A DNA stretch of 64,000 bases from a virus (Duplodnaviria; Caudoviricetes), in IMG/VR virus record IMGVR_UViG_3300025608_000017, positions 20,154 to 84,153 of that record; one strand, written 5' to 3'. The notes under the pieces were generated by a model that saw only the letters and a list, made by a program, of their open reading frames with translations, was not told the origin of the DNA and did not search any database. Within the stretch, counting starts at the first letter, position 1. Each line of letters opens with the position of its first letter. Of the stretch, positions 56,391 through 64,000 are shown piece by piece. The translations under genes were made by a program, and so were the position numbers.

Positions 56391-56654
56391 TTATATGCCT
56401 TTTAGTGTGTTTTCTGCACCTTTGAGTTGCAGGTTGAGAACAAAGTTTTCAACCAACAATTTGGTTGCAGTTGCCAAAACAACAGGCATTACATCTTCTT
56501 TATTAACATTGCCAAATTGTTCTAACAATTGCGATGCCATCATTTGATAGGCTTGCTTTTCTGTAATATGCAGCATGCCCCAATCAATAGGATCAGCGCT
56601 TTCACATTCCATTGCAAGCTCTACTAAAAAGTCTAAGTCTTCTTGTTTAACCAT
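56391..56654 (-). CDS. hypothetical protein
   Basis: 87 aa, coupled to the upstream gene. Confidence 0.65.
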   Translation of the reverse strand: MVKQEDLDFLVELAMECESADPIDWGMLHITEKQAYQMMASQLLEQFGNVNKEDVMPVVLATATKLLVENFVLNLQLKGAENTLKGI

Positions 56655-56857
56655 TATTGCAATACCGCATGTTCGCCTGTTCCGTTTGGATCAATACCAA
56701 ACCGTTGTATACACATGCTTACAATAGCATCTGGAATGTCATCGTTTTCTTTCCCTGAGGGAATCCAAATTCCCTTTAGTTCGCCGTTACATCCTACAAT
56801 TAATCCGTAGTCTGTATCAGATAGTGATTTTTTAAATTCTAGTTGTTTATGACTCAT
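56654..56857 (-). CDS. hypothetical protein
   Basis: 67 aa; AGGAG RBS. Confidence 0.65.
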   Translation of the reverse strand: MSHKQLEFKKSLSDTDYGLIVGCNGELKGIWIPSGKENDDIPDAIVSMCIQRFGIDPNGTGEHAVLQ

Positions 56858-56883
56858 GGTATTCTCCTAAGTTGTAATTTGCT

Positions 56884-57300
56884 TTACTCGGAGTATTCGT
56901 ACTGTACAAACTCTCCGTCTTGGATCTTAAATACGTCTGCGCCGCCACTGGAACGAATGTACTGGCGACCACCGTCAATCATTTTACCCTCAACTACCTT
57001 GTAGTCATGATGTGATTGACTGTAATAGTATTTACCATCTACCAGTATCATTCCAAATTCTAGATCTTCTACAATGTCAGCATTTGTAATCATTGTGTGT
57101 CCACGAAAGTGATCATGATAAATGCCAAAGTAGCGATTGCCGAACTCAGGATGCGGTGTAGCACGATAGAACACATCTACAGGAACATCACTTGCTCGTA
57201 GATCTGTAGTGCATACATACTTTACTTCTACGCCGTCTTTTTCTGTGTAGATTTTTTCTACTTCTTCAATGTTAAACAAGTTCTCGTGTACAATGTTCAT
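56884..57300 (-). CDS. conserved phage protein
   Basis: SQSHHDY...MIDGGRQYIR motif. Confidence 0.7.
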   Translation of the reverse strand: MNIVHENLFNIEEVEKIYTEKDGVEVKYVCTTDLRASDVPVDVFYRATPHPEFGNRYFGIYHDHFRGHTMITNADIVEDLEFGMILVDGKYYYSQSHHDYKVVEGKMIDGGRQYIRSSGGADVFKIQDGEFVQYEYSE

Positions 57301-57306
57301 CTGTCT

Positions 57307-57876
57307 CTATTCTCCTGCAAAATTAAATGCTATTGTAGTCCTTACTGCGCCAGGGCCGCTTTTTAAAACTTCATGCTTTAGATAACTTGGAAATAAAATC
57401 ATTTTACCTTTTTCTGGAGTAATGTCAGTATTTGTCCATGCATAGATATTCTCATCATCGGTGAATTTAGCATAATCTGTCATTGGATTTGGATTGTACA
57501 ATCTAATTTTGCCTGCTGATTCGTTTGCCCTAACCCAATAAACACCGCTTATACCATGAATTCCATGCGCATGAATCCCGTGTGTATCACCTTCTTTATA
57601 ATCTTGTGTCCAATATTGTAATGGCTGATGTTCTGCAATATGAAGTGAGGTCATAAATTGATACCTACGCATTACTTTTATCCATTCATCGACCAATTGA
57701 GGAAGTAACTCATGCACTGGAATCTTGTTTTCAAAAAAATCTGAAAATTGTGTATCTAGTTCATTTCTGTTTAATTTGTTAATTTCAGGAACCATGACAG
57801 ATTCAACTTTGTTAGCTAATTCATCGTCAACAGTATGATGTACTACTCCAACTGGAAAATAATTTTCAATATGCAT
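57307..57876 (-). CDS. 2OG-Fe(II) oxygenase-like protein (TIGR02466-like)
   Basis: HGIHAH...ISGVYW...LFPSYLKH.V...RTTIAFN. Confidence 0.82.
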   Translation of the reverse strand: MHIENYFPVGVVHHTVDDELANKVESVMVPEINKLNRNELDTQFSDFFENKIPVHELLPQLVDEWIKVMRRYQFMTSLHIAEHQPLQYWTQDYKEGDTHGIHAHGIHGISGVYWVRANESAGKIRLYNPNPMTDYAKFTDDENIYAWTNTDITPEKGKMILFPSYLKHEVLKSGPGAVRTTIAFNFAGE

Positions 57877-58474
57877 CTTCTTTTACCTTCTTAGCAATAG
57901 TTTTATGAATACCTGGATTTACTCTAAGTACATTGGACATCATTTCGTGTCTGATATAATTACGAGTATAACACATATCTGCATTGCTGTTATCCTGTAT
58001 ATATGGAACGTTCTTTAAGTTTGCCCACAATTCTAAATCTCGTTTGCGTGTGGCACGAAACGGACGAAGCACTCTGTCGTTTCGACTGTAGGGGATAATT
58101 TTACCAGTGCCATGCATGCTACTCCACACCCATGTTTCTACACAATCGTCTAAGTGATGTGCTGTAACAATTTGTCGTTCGGTACAGCGTTCTAACCATT
58201 CATAGCGAATACTGCGCCAGTATTCTTCTTGGCTTTCTCTCGGATGTTTTTCACGCTCTTGACCTGTAACATTAGTTAAAAACGGAATGTCTTGCTCATT
58301 ACAGTAATCACTTACAAACTTCATTGCTTCAAAACCGTGAGCAGTACCATGATTAAAGTGCAACACAAACACGTCATGATTGCGTCTTAGAAAGTCAAGT
58401 GCAGCCATACTGTCTACACCGCCACTACATGCAACATAGACTTTGCGAGGTAGTTTACCTTGAACTTTAATCAT
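57866..58474 (-). CDS. tilS: tRNA(Ile)-lysidine synthetase, catalytic domain only
   Basis: ACSGGVDSM, AHHLDD..ET, LRPF, D.SN.D..Y.RN.IRH. Confidence 0.88.
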   Translation of the reverse strand: MIKVQGKLPRKVYVACSGGVDSMAALDFLRRNHDVFVLHFNHGTAHGFEAMKFVSDYCNEQDIPFLTNVTGQEREKHPRESQEEYWRSIRYEWLERCTERQIVTAHHLDDCVETWVWSSMHGTGKIIPYSRNDRVLRPFRATRKRDLELWANLKNVPYIQDNSNADMCYTRNYIRHEMMSNVLRVNPGIHKTIAKKVKEDAY

Positions 58475-58569
58475 TCAAACAACTGCCACAACATAATAAC
58501 AATAGGAATACCACTAAGCATTATCATACCAATAATAGCCTTGCCAAGTTCATGTTCTTCTTCAGTCAT
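58471..58569 (-). CDS. 32-aa membrane peptide (not in the ORF track)
   Basis: MTEEEHELGKAIIGMIMLSGIPIVIMLWQLFE; overlaps at both ends. Confidence 0.55.
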   Translation of the reverse strand: MTEEEHELGKAIIGMIMLSGIPIVIMLWQLFE

Positions 58570-58771
58570 CTTTTGAATCCCATTTGAGTATTTCAAGTTC
58601 GCCGTCGGCGCATTTGCGCACTCGTAGAAATCCATTATCGATCAATGTGTCAATAGTTGCTTCTGTAGCATCAAGAAAGTTCTTTTTCAAGAACAAATAA
58701 TATGTTGCTGCTGATCCTGCTACATATGCCCCAAGCAACCATGCCATAACTTCAATAGAAATATTCATCAT
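58562..58771 (-). CDS. small membrane-anchored protein
   Basis: N-terminal hydrophobic helix. Confidence 0.65.
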   Translation of the reverse strand: MMNISIEVMAWLLGAYVAGSAATYYLFLKKNFLDATEATIDTLIDNGFLRVRKCADGELEILKWDSKDD

Positions 58772-58926
58772 GCTACCACCGCCTTAAAGTTTTCTAATCC
58801 AAATCCTGTGTATTTGCTTGCACTGCCGTATCGCATATAGCACTGATTGCAAGCGTCTTGTTCGTTTAGTGCTTTTACTAAATCGATGTGTTTGCTGCCT
58901 ACATAGACGTTGTAATATCTAAACAT
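58768..58926 (-). CDS. 52-aa hypothetical protein (not in the ORF track)
   Basis: MFRYYNVYVGSKHIDLVKALNEQDACNQCYMRYGSASKYTGFGLENFKAVVA; AAGGT RBS; ATGA coupling. Confidence 0.65.
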   Translation of the reverse strand: MFRYYNVYVGSKHIDLVKALNEQDACNQCYMRYGSASKYTGFGLENFKAVVA

Positions 58927-58930
58927 TGTA

Positions 58931-59677
58931 TTATACCTTATATAGTTTTACGTAGTTAAGACGAGTTTCGTCTGCGCTAAACAAACGATTTTTTGTATGC
59001 GATTTAACTTTGGCTTTGATACGCTTGCGAGCACCGACAGCATGATCGAACTTGTTCATAAAGCTAACAAGATTGCCATCTGTAGTAACGCAAGTATAGT
59101 TGTAACTTTCCCACTGACTGCTGTAACGCTTGTCCAGTACTTCTACAACAGTTTCTACACTAGCACCCACAGGCTCAATGTGCTTGCTGTCACGGTACTC
59201 AACACGGATAGTTTTCTTCAGTCCGCTTTCATGTTGATCGCGAGCAATAAACTCTGGAGCAAACGCAATACGCCCCATGCTTGTAACACGTACTTCATCT
59301 TGCGACAACTCTTTAACCATGTCTGCTTTAAAGCCGTCAAGCTCGCCCAAGCCCAGCATCACATAACGCTTCATCCACTTGAGTGCTTCTTGTACGCTAG
59401 CATAGTCTGCTTCAGTAGGCTCAAACATTTCAAAGTCTTCTGGAAGGTACTTTGCGTCTGCTGTATCCAGCTTCTTTTCCCAGTAGTAACGCACAAGAAA
59501 TAGGTTAGGAAACTGTGTCTTGTTTTCATCACAGCTAAAGCGACGAGTGTCTTTGGTATAGGTGTTGCTGTTGATGCGATATGCAGCGTATGCAACAGCA
59601 AGTGCTTCCGTGATGCTTACAGTTTTCATTGGAACCGCGTCCTTGTGTACGTATCCGTTTTTAACTTCTGCGAACAT
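58931..59677 (-). CDS. hypothetical protein with probable C-terminal OB-like domain
   Basis: 248 aa; C-terminal DGNLVSF...IKAKVKSH...ETRLNYVK. Confidence 0.6.
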   Translation of the reverse strand: MFAEVKNGYVHKDAVPMKTVSITEALAVAYAAYRINSNTYTKDTRRFSCDENKTQFPNLFLVRYYWEKKLDTADAKYLPEDFEMFEPTEADYASVQEALKWMKRYVMLGLGELDGFKADMVKELSQDEVRVTSMGRIAFAPEFIARDQHESGLKKTIRVEYRDSKHIEPVGASVETVVEVLDKRYSSQWESYNYTCVTTDGNLVSFMNKFDHAVGARKRIKAKVKSHTKNRLFSADETRLNYVKLYKV

Positions 59678-59713
59678 TGTGTGCCTCTGTGTGTTTGCCT
59701 AATTTATGTATAT

Positions 59714-59741
59714 ATTATAGCATAGAATTAGAGATTGTCAA
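59714..59741 (-). promoter_or_regulatory. sigma70-type early promoter
   Basis: TTGACA-N16-TATAAT. Confidence 0.8.
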
Positions 59742-60187
59742 TCTTTATTTCGCCAGTCTTCTGCTAAAATAGTTTTGTCACTGTTACAATCTAGACACAA
59801 TGATTGAATGTTTTCTTCTGTGTCTGCACCGCCATCTACCTTGCGTACAATGTGATCACCAATAATACGGTTGCGGCACATGCGACTAAACAGTGCAGGA
59901 TCTTCTTCTTCGATCAGTGGAAACTTCTTACGTACTTCTTCTTGTACGTTTTTCCCACACTCGTCACATGTCCATTTGCGGTGATGTGTGTGAGGACGAT
60001 CTAATCTACCAGTGCCGCCGAATTCTCGTAAGTTCTTTTGATGCTTACGACACAGAATATCTTGTCCAGGTCCAGTCTTTTGTGTCAAGGGCATATTGCA
60101 GCCCTCAACAGTACATGACACTCCCGCTTCAATCTGCTGTTTAAGTTTGCGGGGACTTTTCTTTGATAGGTCCTCCCAAACTAGCAT
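59738..60187 (-). CDS. HNH endonuclease-like protein
   Basis: GDHIVRKVDGG.D..ENIQSLCLDCN.DK, plus CxxC zinc motifs. Confidence 0.8.
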   Translation of the reverse strand: MLVWEDLSKKSPRKLKQQIEAGVSCTVEGCNMPLTQKTGPGQDILCRKHQKNLREFGGTGRLDRPHTHHRKWTCDECGKNVQEEVRKKFPLIEEEDPALFSRMCRNRIIGDHIVRKVDGGADTEENIQSLCLDCNSDKTILAEDWRNKD

Positions 60188-61335
60188 TAGAACAAGTCCG
60201 CAGTAGGTACAGTGTAGTAGGTTTCGCTATAGTAAGGTACAGCTACGCCTGCTTTTGCAATTTGAGCAATAAGGAATGTATTACCTAGTGGCTTCTCTGG
60301 ATAGCGGATACCCAGCAAGTCCCAACCGTTGCGTACTGTATCACGGTAGTAGTCTTGATAACTGCTCTTAGCACGACTCCAAAGGTCAAGACTGTCAAAG
60401 TCACCATGTCCTACTACTTTAAGTGCTTTAGCAACATCTCGAATATACTTGTCAGTTACATCAATGTTGCTGTCTAGTTCGCACAACTTAAAGAACTCAT
60501 AAAGCATCCAAGCTTCTTTAGACTGTACAGGACGATTGCTACGACACACTGCTGTAAAATATTGTGTAAAATATTTTGTAATAATAGGTGTGTAGTTTTT
60601 AGTATCCATAAGCTCTTGCATACGTGTTAGCGCACCAGGCTTTTCTGTGTCATTAAACTTTTCGTGTGTAGCAAACATTTTAGCACTTTCGAGCCATTGT
60701 TGTTTTTGCTCTGCTACAATCCAGTTAGGAATTGTTGAGCCATCTGTACGTACACCAAATACCATTTGCTGATATTTGTCAATTGCATCTAGTGGGCGTT
60801 TGCCTTCACCATTTGCTGCCATAAACACTCGCCGCATTTCATCTTTTTGTGAACTAGGATAAATTACAATCGGTACTTCACAATTACTGATATCTTCGTT
60901 CATTACCATGCTTGCAATAATAAACAATACAATAGCAGTGTGCTGACCATCCCAACATACATACTTGCCAGGGCAACCAGGATCTTCATACACTCGAATG
61001 GGCTCTGCTTGAATTGCCCAAAACTGATCTAGAATGCCCATTGCCCAATAAAACGCCAATAGTCGTTGCAGTGTTACGTCAATTGCAATTTTGTCTAGTG
61101 TAGTTGATTGTGCAGAAGCTAGTGTAATATCTGTCCACTTGGTATACTGCGGATTGCGTTCTTTGAAGTCTTCAATGCTATCTTCAAGAACACTCTGCAA
61201 ATAAGTTTCGTTATCTACTACACTGCGTAAACGCTGTTTAAGATTAACGTAGTGTGATTGTTGTTTAGAAAACTGTTGGTTAATTTTGTCTGCATATGAT
61301 GTCAATGCAGGTTGTGTAGTCATAAGATTCATCAT
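60187..61335 (-). CDS. ParB/Srx-fold (DGQHx) protein
   Basis: IDVTLQR...IRVYE...YVCWDGQHT. Confidence 0.65.
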   Translation of the reverse strand: MMNLMTTQPALTSYADKINQQFSKQQSHYVNLKQRLRSVVDNETYLQSVLEDSIEDFKERNPQYTKWTDITLASAQSTTLDKIAIDVTLQRLLAFYWAMGILDQFWAIQAEPIRVYEDPGCPGKYVCWDGQHTAIVLFIIASMVMNEDISNCEVPIVIYPSSQKDEMRRVFMAANGEGKRPLDAIDKYQQMVFGVRTDGSTIPNWIVAEQKQQWLESAKMFATHEKFNDTEKPGALTRMQELMDTKNYTPIITKYFTQYFTAVCRSNRPVQSKEAWMLYEFFKLCELDSNIDVTDKYIRDVAKALKVVGHGDFDSLDLWSRAKSSYQDYYRDTVRNGWDLLGIRYPEKPLGNTFLIAQIAKAGVAVPYYSETYYTVPTADLF

Positions 61336-61373
61336 GTTGTTTGCCTTTGTGTTTGTGTTTGTGCCTATACACT

Positions 61374-61401
61374 AATATAACATCTATTGTGCAGATGTCA
61401 A
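61374..61401 (-). promoter_or_regulatory. sigma70-type early promoter (ParB-like/HNH pair)
   Basis: TTGACA-N16-TATATT. Confidence 0.7.
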
Positions 61402-61644
61402 GAACTTTTCTTCAAAGTCATCAGAAATAACATCACGCCACAACTGTGCCACACTTTGTGTGTGTTTGCACTTGCCACGGAATGTCATGCCTGTGCAGTC
61501 GCAGGTAAAGCCTTTGTCAGTAATACTTACTGTGTAGCTGTTGCCTTTGCTGCCTTGGATAGGATACTCTAAACCTACAGCCCAGTGTGTTTTAAAGTCA
61601 AACAAGTCTGTGGGTTTAAAGTATTTTTGTGAATATTTAGACAT
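61384..61644 (-). CDS. SWIM zinc-finger protein
   Basis: YTV...FTCDC...CKH. Confidence 0.8.
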   Translation of the reverse strand: MSKYSQKYFKPTDLFDFKTHWAVGLEYPIQGSKGNSYTVSITDKGFTCDCTGMTFRGKCKHTQSVAQLWRDVISDDFEEKFLTSAQ

Positions 61645-62074
61645 CTTGCGTCCACTTCAAATGACCAAGTTTCTCTTGTTCTGCCCAGCGCACAAACAAT
61701 CCTACTTCTCTGCCGTGTGCTTCGATCTCCCAAGGAAGATCCCAGTAGCTAACTTTTTCAGGATTGTATGTTTTGCCGCACCATGTGTCGTGTACAGGAT
61801 GTAACTCTCTGCGAGCATACTGCTTGACATGCACCATTTCATGTGCGATAGTTTCTAACAGTTTACGCAGGCGCAGTTTACGATCTGCTTCAATCTCAAA
61901 GGTGCGGTTATCGTCTAATTCTAAACAATAACCCATTGCACCATTAGGATTTTTAAGTTTAACAGTAATATCTAGTGTCTTCATGCGCGGCATAAGTGTC
62001 TTGATACAGAACTTAACCATGCTTCGTGCGTACTTCTTTTGGTTCTTAGTACCGCCAGTGATTCTAATAGTCAT
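61637..62074 (-). CDS. zincin-like metallopeptidase (SprT-like)
   Basis: AHEMVHVKQY and PWEIEA. Confidence 0.82.
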   Translation of the reverse strand: MTIRITGGTKNQKKYARSMVKFCIKTLMPRMKTLDITVKLKNPNGAMGYCLELDDNRTFEIEADRKLRLRKLLETIAHEMVHVKQYARRELHPVHDTWCGKTYNPEKVSYWDLPWEIEAHGREVGLFVRWAEQEKLGHLKWTQDV

Positions 62075-62108
62075 ATCGTAACTGCCCTTAGTTAGTTAAT
62101 GTATATAC

Positions 62109-62137
62109 ATTATAGCACTATTTTTCTATCCTGTCAA
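62109..62137 (-). promoter_or_regulatory. sigma70-type early promoter
   Basis: TTGACA-N17-TATAAT, perfect consensus. Confidence 0.88.
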
Positions 62138-62525
62138 CCACATTTTCACCTAAATTTGACTCAATTGTAGGTGTTTCGTAGCCTTTCAAAGGATCTTTTA
62201 CATCATCTGGCACTATATCTAGTCTTGCTATACGCATATCATGCATCAATCCTACTAGTTTAGGCATACTGCCTGGGCCTTCCCAAACTTCGTTTAGCAA
62301 GTCATTGATTTCATTAAGATCAATTGTCTTGATATGATTTTTACGCAAATCTCCTAACTTCTTGTTATAGTATTCATGTAAAAATTCTAATATAGGCTGC
62401 GGAATAAGTGAATAGTCACTGTATGCAAATGTACCATTAAACCCATTTAAGAGCCATGGTTGGTCTGTAGGAGTTGATTCCCAATATGCTACTGAACTTG
62501 CTTTACTTGCTTGATAATCGTACAT
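62118..62525 (-). CDS. hypothetical protein
   Basis: 135 aa; GAGG RBS; own promoter. Confidence 0.7.
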   Translation of the reverse strand: MYDYQASKASSVAYWESTPTDQPWLLNGFNGTFAYSDYSLIPQPILEFLHEYYNKKLGDLRKNHIKTIDLNEINDLLNEVWEGPGSMPKLVGLMHDMRIARLDIVPDDVKDPLKGYETPTIESNLGENVVDRIEK

Positions 62526-62556
62526 AAATTAACCTCAATTGTGTAAATGAGTAACT

Positions 62557-62585
62557 ATTATACTATATGTTGTCGAGCATGTCAA
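62557..62585 (-). promoter_or_regulatory. sigma70-type early promoter
   Basis: TTGACA-N17-TATAAT, perfect consensus. Confidence 0.88.
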
Positions 62586-62586
62586 C

Positions 62587-62805
62587 CTATAAACGGTAAG
62601 TAATTCTACCTTTGGTCATGTCATAAGGTGTCATTTCTATCTTTACAGGATCACCTAATACTAAACGTATTCTATTTTTTCTTAGTTTTCCACTGGTGTA
62701 GCACACTACTATGTGTTTGTTTTCCAGTTCTACTTTAAAAGTTTGGTTTGGCATTACATCAACTATAATGCCTTCTAGTTCTATCGAGCCGTCATTTTTG
62801 CTCAT
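62587..62805 (-). CDS. infA: translation initiation factor IF-1
   Basis: IELEG.IVDVMPN..F.VELEN...SGK.R.N.IR...GD.V..E.TPYD..KGRITYR. Confidence 0.93.
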   Translation of the reverse strand: MSKNDGSIELEGIIVDVMPNQTFKVELENKHIVVCYTSGKLRKNRIRLVLGDPVKIEMTPYDMTKGRITYRL

Positions 62806-62983
62806 CGTCTTCCTTTTTTTCGATTGATATTACGCCGTCCTCGACAGTAATTTTTAAAACATCACCAGGTTCCCATCCCATGCGTTCACTAACTTCAGGC
62901 GGAATGTTCATTAGTACGTTTTTATCATCACCTTCGATATCTTCAAAGATGTCTTCTACTTTGTATGTGATTATCTTCGTCAT
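62792..62983 (-). CDS. AbrB/SpoVT-like small DNA-binding protein
   Basis: IPPEV.ERMGW.PGD.L.I.VEDG.I.I. Confidence 0.7.
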   Translation of the reverse strand: MTKIITYKVEDIFEDIEGDDKNVLMNIPPEVSERMGWEPGDVLKITVEDGVISIEKKEDDEQK

Positions 62984-62990
62984 AGCGTAT

Positions 62991-63794
62991 TTAGTATCCT
63001 CTTTGCCAATTTTTGTTTATGTCATAACCTGTTTGTTGTATACAAATTCCAAGTTTATTATAATCTTCAATACTTTCTATTGCTGTTTGCATCTTGTCTG
63101 TAAATTGATCATCTAATCCAATGTTAAGTTTTGGCGCAATAAACTTATTTAACCAATTGTAATACATTATCGGTGTAGGATGATAGTCAGGAGTTTTGCT
63201 ATCAGAGCTGCTATTCGGATCAGCATTGTAGAAGGATAGTCTATTGTCGTAGTTTTGGCAAGTCCAATTAAATATATCACTATCTACAAAGATATCGTTA
63301 TCCAATAGTTTTTTATAACATTCAAACTCTTTGATAGACAATTCTGGTCTTAAATCGTCTCCAAATACAAACAACACATTTGCATCAATAGTTTTTGAAA
63401 TACCTAAAGCAGCATGGATGTAATTCCATGTATGCATAATATAACTATGTTCGTTCCACATTCTTTGGATAATCATACTCCTAGGATCGTTCCTGCCCTC
63501 TTGAAATACGTTCCCTGCAGGGAACCAGCTTTCTTGTAGTCTGTCATCCCACTGATGCTGATCAAATCTATGATAGTTTGTCCACTGAACGATAATAGTA
63601 TCATTTTCATTTAACTGATTTTTAATAACTAGTTCAGAAAATCTTTCTAAAATTTGTTTATTTCCTGCTCCTCGATTCCCCCAGTTTTCAAACGAGTCAT
63701 AACTTCGTCCAAGTATGTCAGCCCATGTTGGCCAATGATATCGAGTTAACGAACATCCTACAGTAAATAATCTTTGTTGCATCACTAACCTCAT
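62991..63794 (-). CDS. SGNH-like protein (DUF6071-like)
   Basis: VGCSLT, WPTWADIL, NWG.RGAGN, YHPT. Confidence 0.65.
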   Translation of the reverse strand: MRLVMQQRLFTVGCSLTRYHWPTWADILGRSYDSFENWGNRGAGNKQILERFSELVIKNQLNENDTIIVQWTNYHRFDQHQWDDRLQESWFPAGNVFQEGRNDPRSMIIQRMWNEHSYIMHTWNYIHAALGISKTIDANVLFVFGDDLRPELSIKEFECYKKLLDNDIFVDSDIFNWTCQNYDNRLSFYNADPNSSSDSKTPDYHPTPIMYYNWLNKFIAPKLNIGLDDQFTDKMQTAIESIEDYNKLGICIQQTGYDINKNWQRGY

Positions 63795-63814
63795 GAGTAT
63801 TTTATTACACTAGT

Positions 63815-63843
63815 AGTATACGATAATTTAATGCTAGTGTCAA
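63815..63843 (-). promoter_or_regulatory. sigma70-type early promoter
   Basis: TTGACA-N17-TATACT. Confidence 0.82.
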
Positions 63844-63850
63844 CCATCTA

Positions 63851-64000
63851 TGTTTCGCTTGCACGAAACAACTCTATGGCTTATCGCCATTTCGTATAAT
63901 ACTTCGTATATTAATAATGATTAAGTGCGAAGCACTTTAGTTTCATGTAGATTGTTTCAGTCAGACGGAACCTATTTACAGGTTCCACCTAATCTGGCTT
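63851..64000 (-). ncRNA. 3' part of a possible structured RNA (cut by the window end)
   Basis: Four hairpins, including TGTTTCGT-GCAA-GCGAAACA and GGAACCT-GTAAAT-AGGTTCC. Confidence 0.35.

Noticed and set aside
1-64000. Bacterial chromosome or prophage, suggested by clpA, clpP, thyA, infA and tilS
   Set aside because: Dense single-strand gene packing, lysis and baseplate genes, gp44-like clamp loader, T4-type late motifs and no integrase or att site indicate a large lytic phage.
1-64000. Stop-codon recoding (alternative genetic code)
   Set aside because: Long genes are uninterrupted in code 11, TAA, TAG and TGA all end recognisable genes at expected positions, and none of the 11 tRNAs is a suppressor.
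1-64000. CRISPR array or transposase
   Set aside because: No regularly spaced direct repeats with unique spacers; the only tandem repeats are in-frame coding repeats; no transposase motif recognised.

Overview
This 64-kb window is part of a large lytic dsDNA (jumbo, T4-related myovirus-like) phage genome, almost entirely on the minus strand. The host is Gram-negative (two-component spanins) and probably an aquatic Proteobacterium (inference). Modules in order: ClpA/DnaJ; lysis cassette (GH19 endolysin, i/o-spanins, membrane proteins); PhoH and nucleotide/replication genes (dCMP deaminase, ThyA, DHFR, ferredoxin, clamp loader, MazG-like, exonuclease, GroES, a stand-alone DnaE fragment); a ~19-kb baseplate/tail-fibre block with a subtilase and a 2913-aa protein; IscA; a secreted cytochrome c-copper monooxygenase; UvsE, QueD, glycosyltransferase and 2OG oxygenases; two-subunit topoisomerase II and DNA ligase; two stable-RNA operons with 11 tRNAs; ClpP, TilS, ParB-like + HNH, and IF-1. 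Near-consensus sigma70 early promoters and a T4-late-like RTAA(A/G)TA motif are found throughout. The standout is a candidate ribosome-mediated attenuator at 51606-51740: a 22-codon leader peptide rich in the codons read by the six tRNAs directly downstream, with mutually exclusive antiterminator and terminator hairpins. This looks like a sensor that switches on phage tRNAs when the matching host tRNAs fail. The upstream RNA operon has an rrn-like boxA, a 24-bp processing stalk, a triple-T-arm RNA, another structured RNA and a tRNA-Ser(ACU). All calls come from reading the sequence and recalling motifs; no searches were run.
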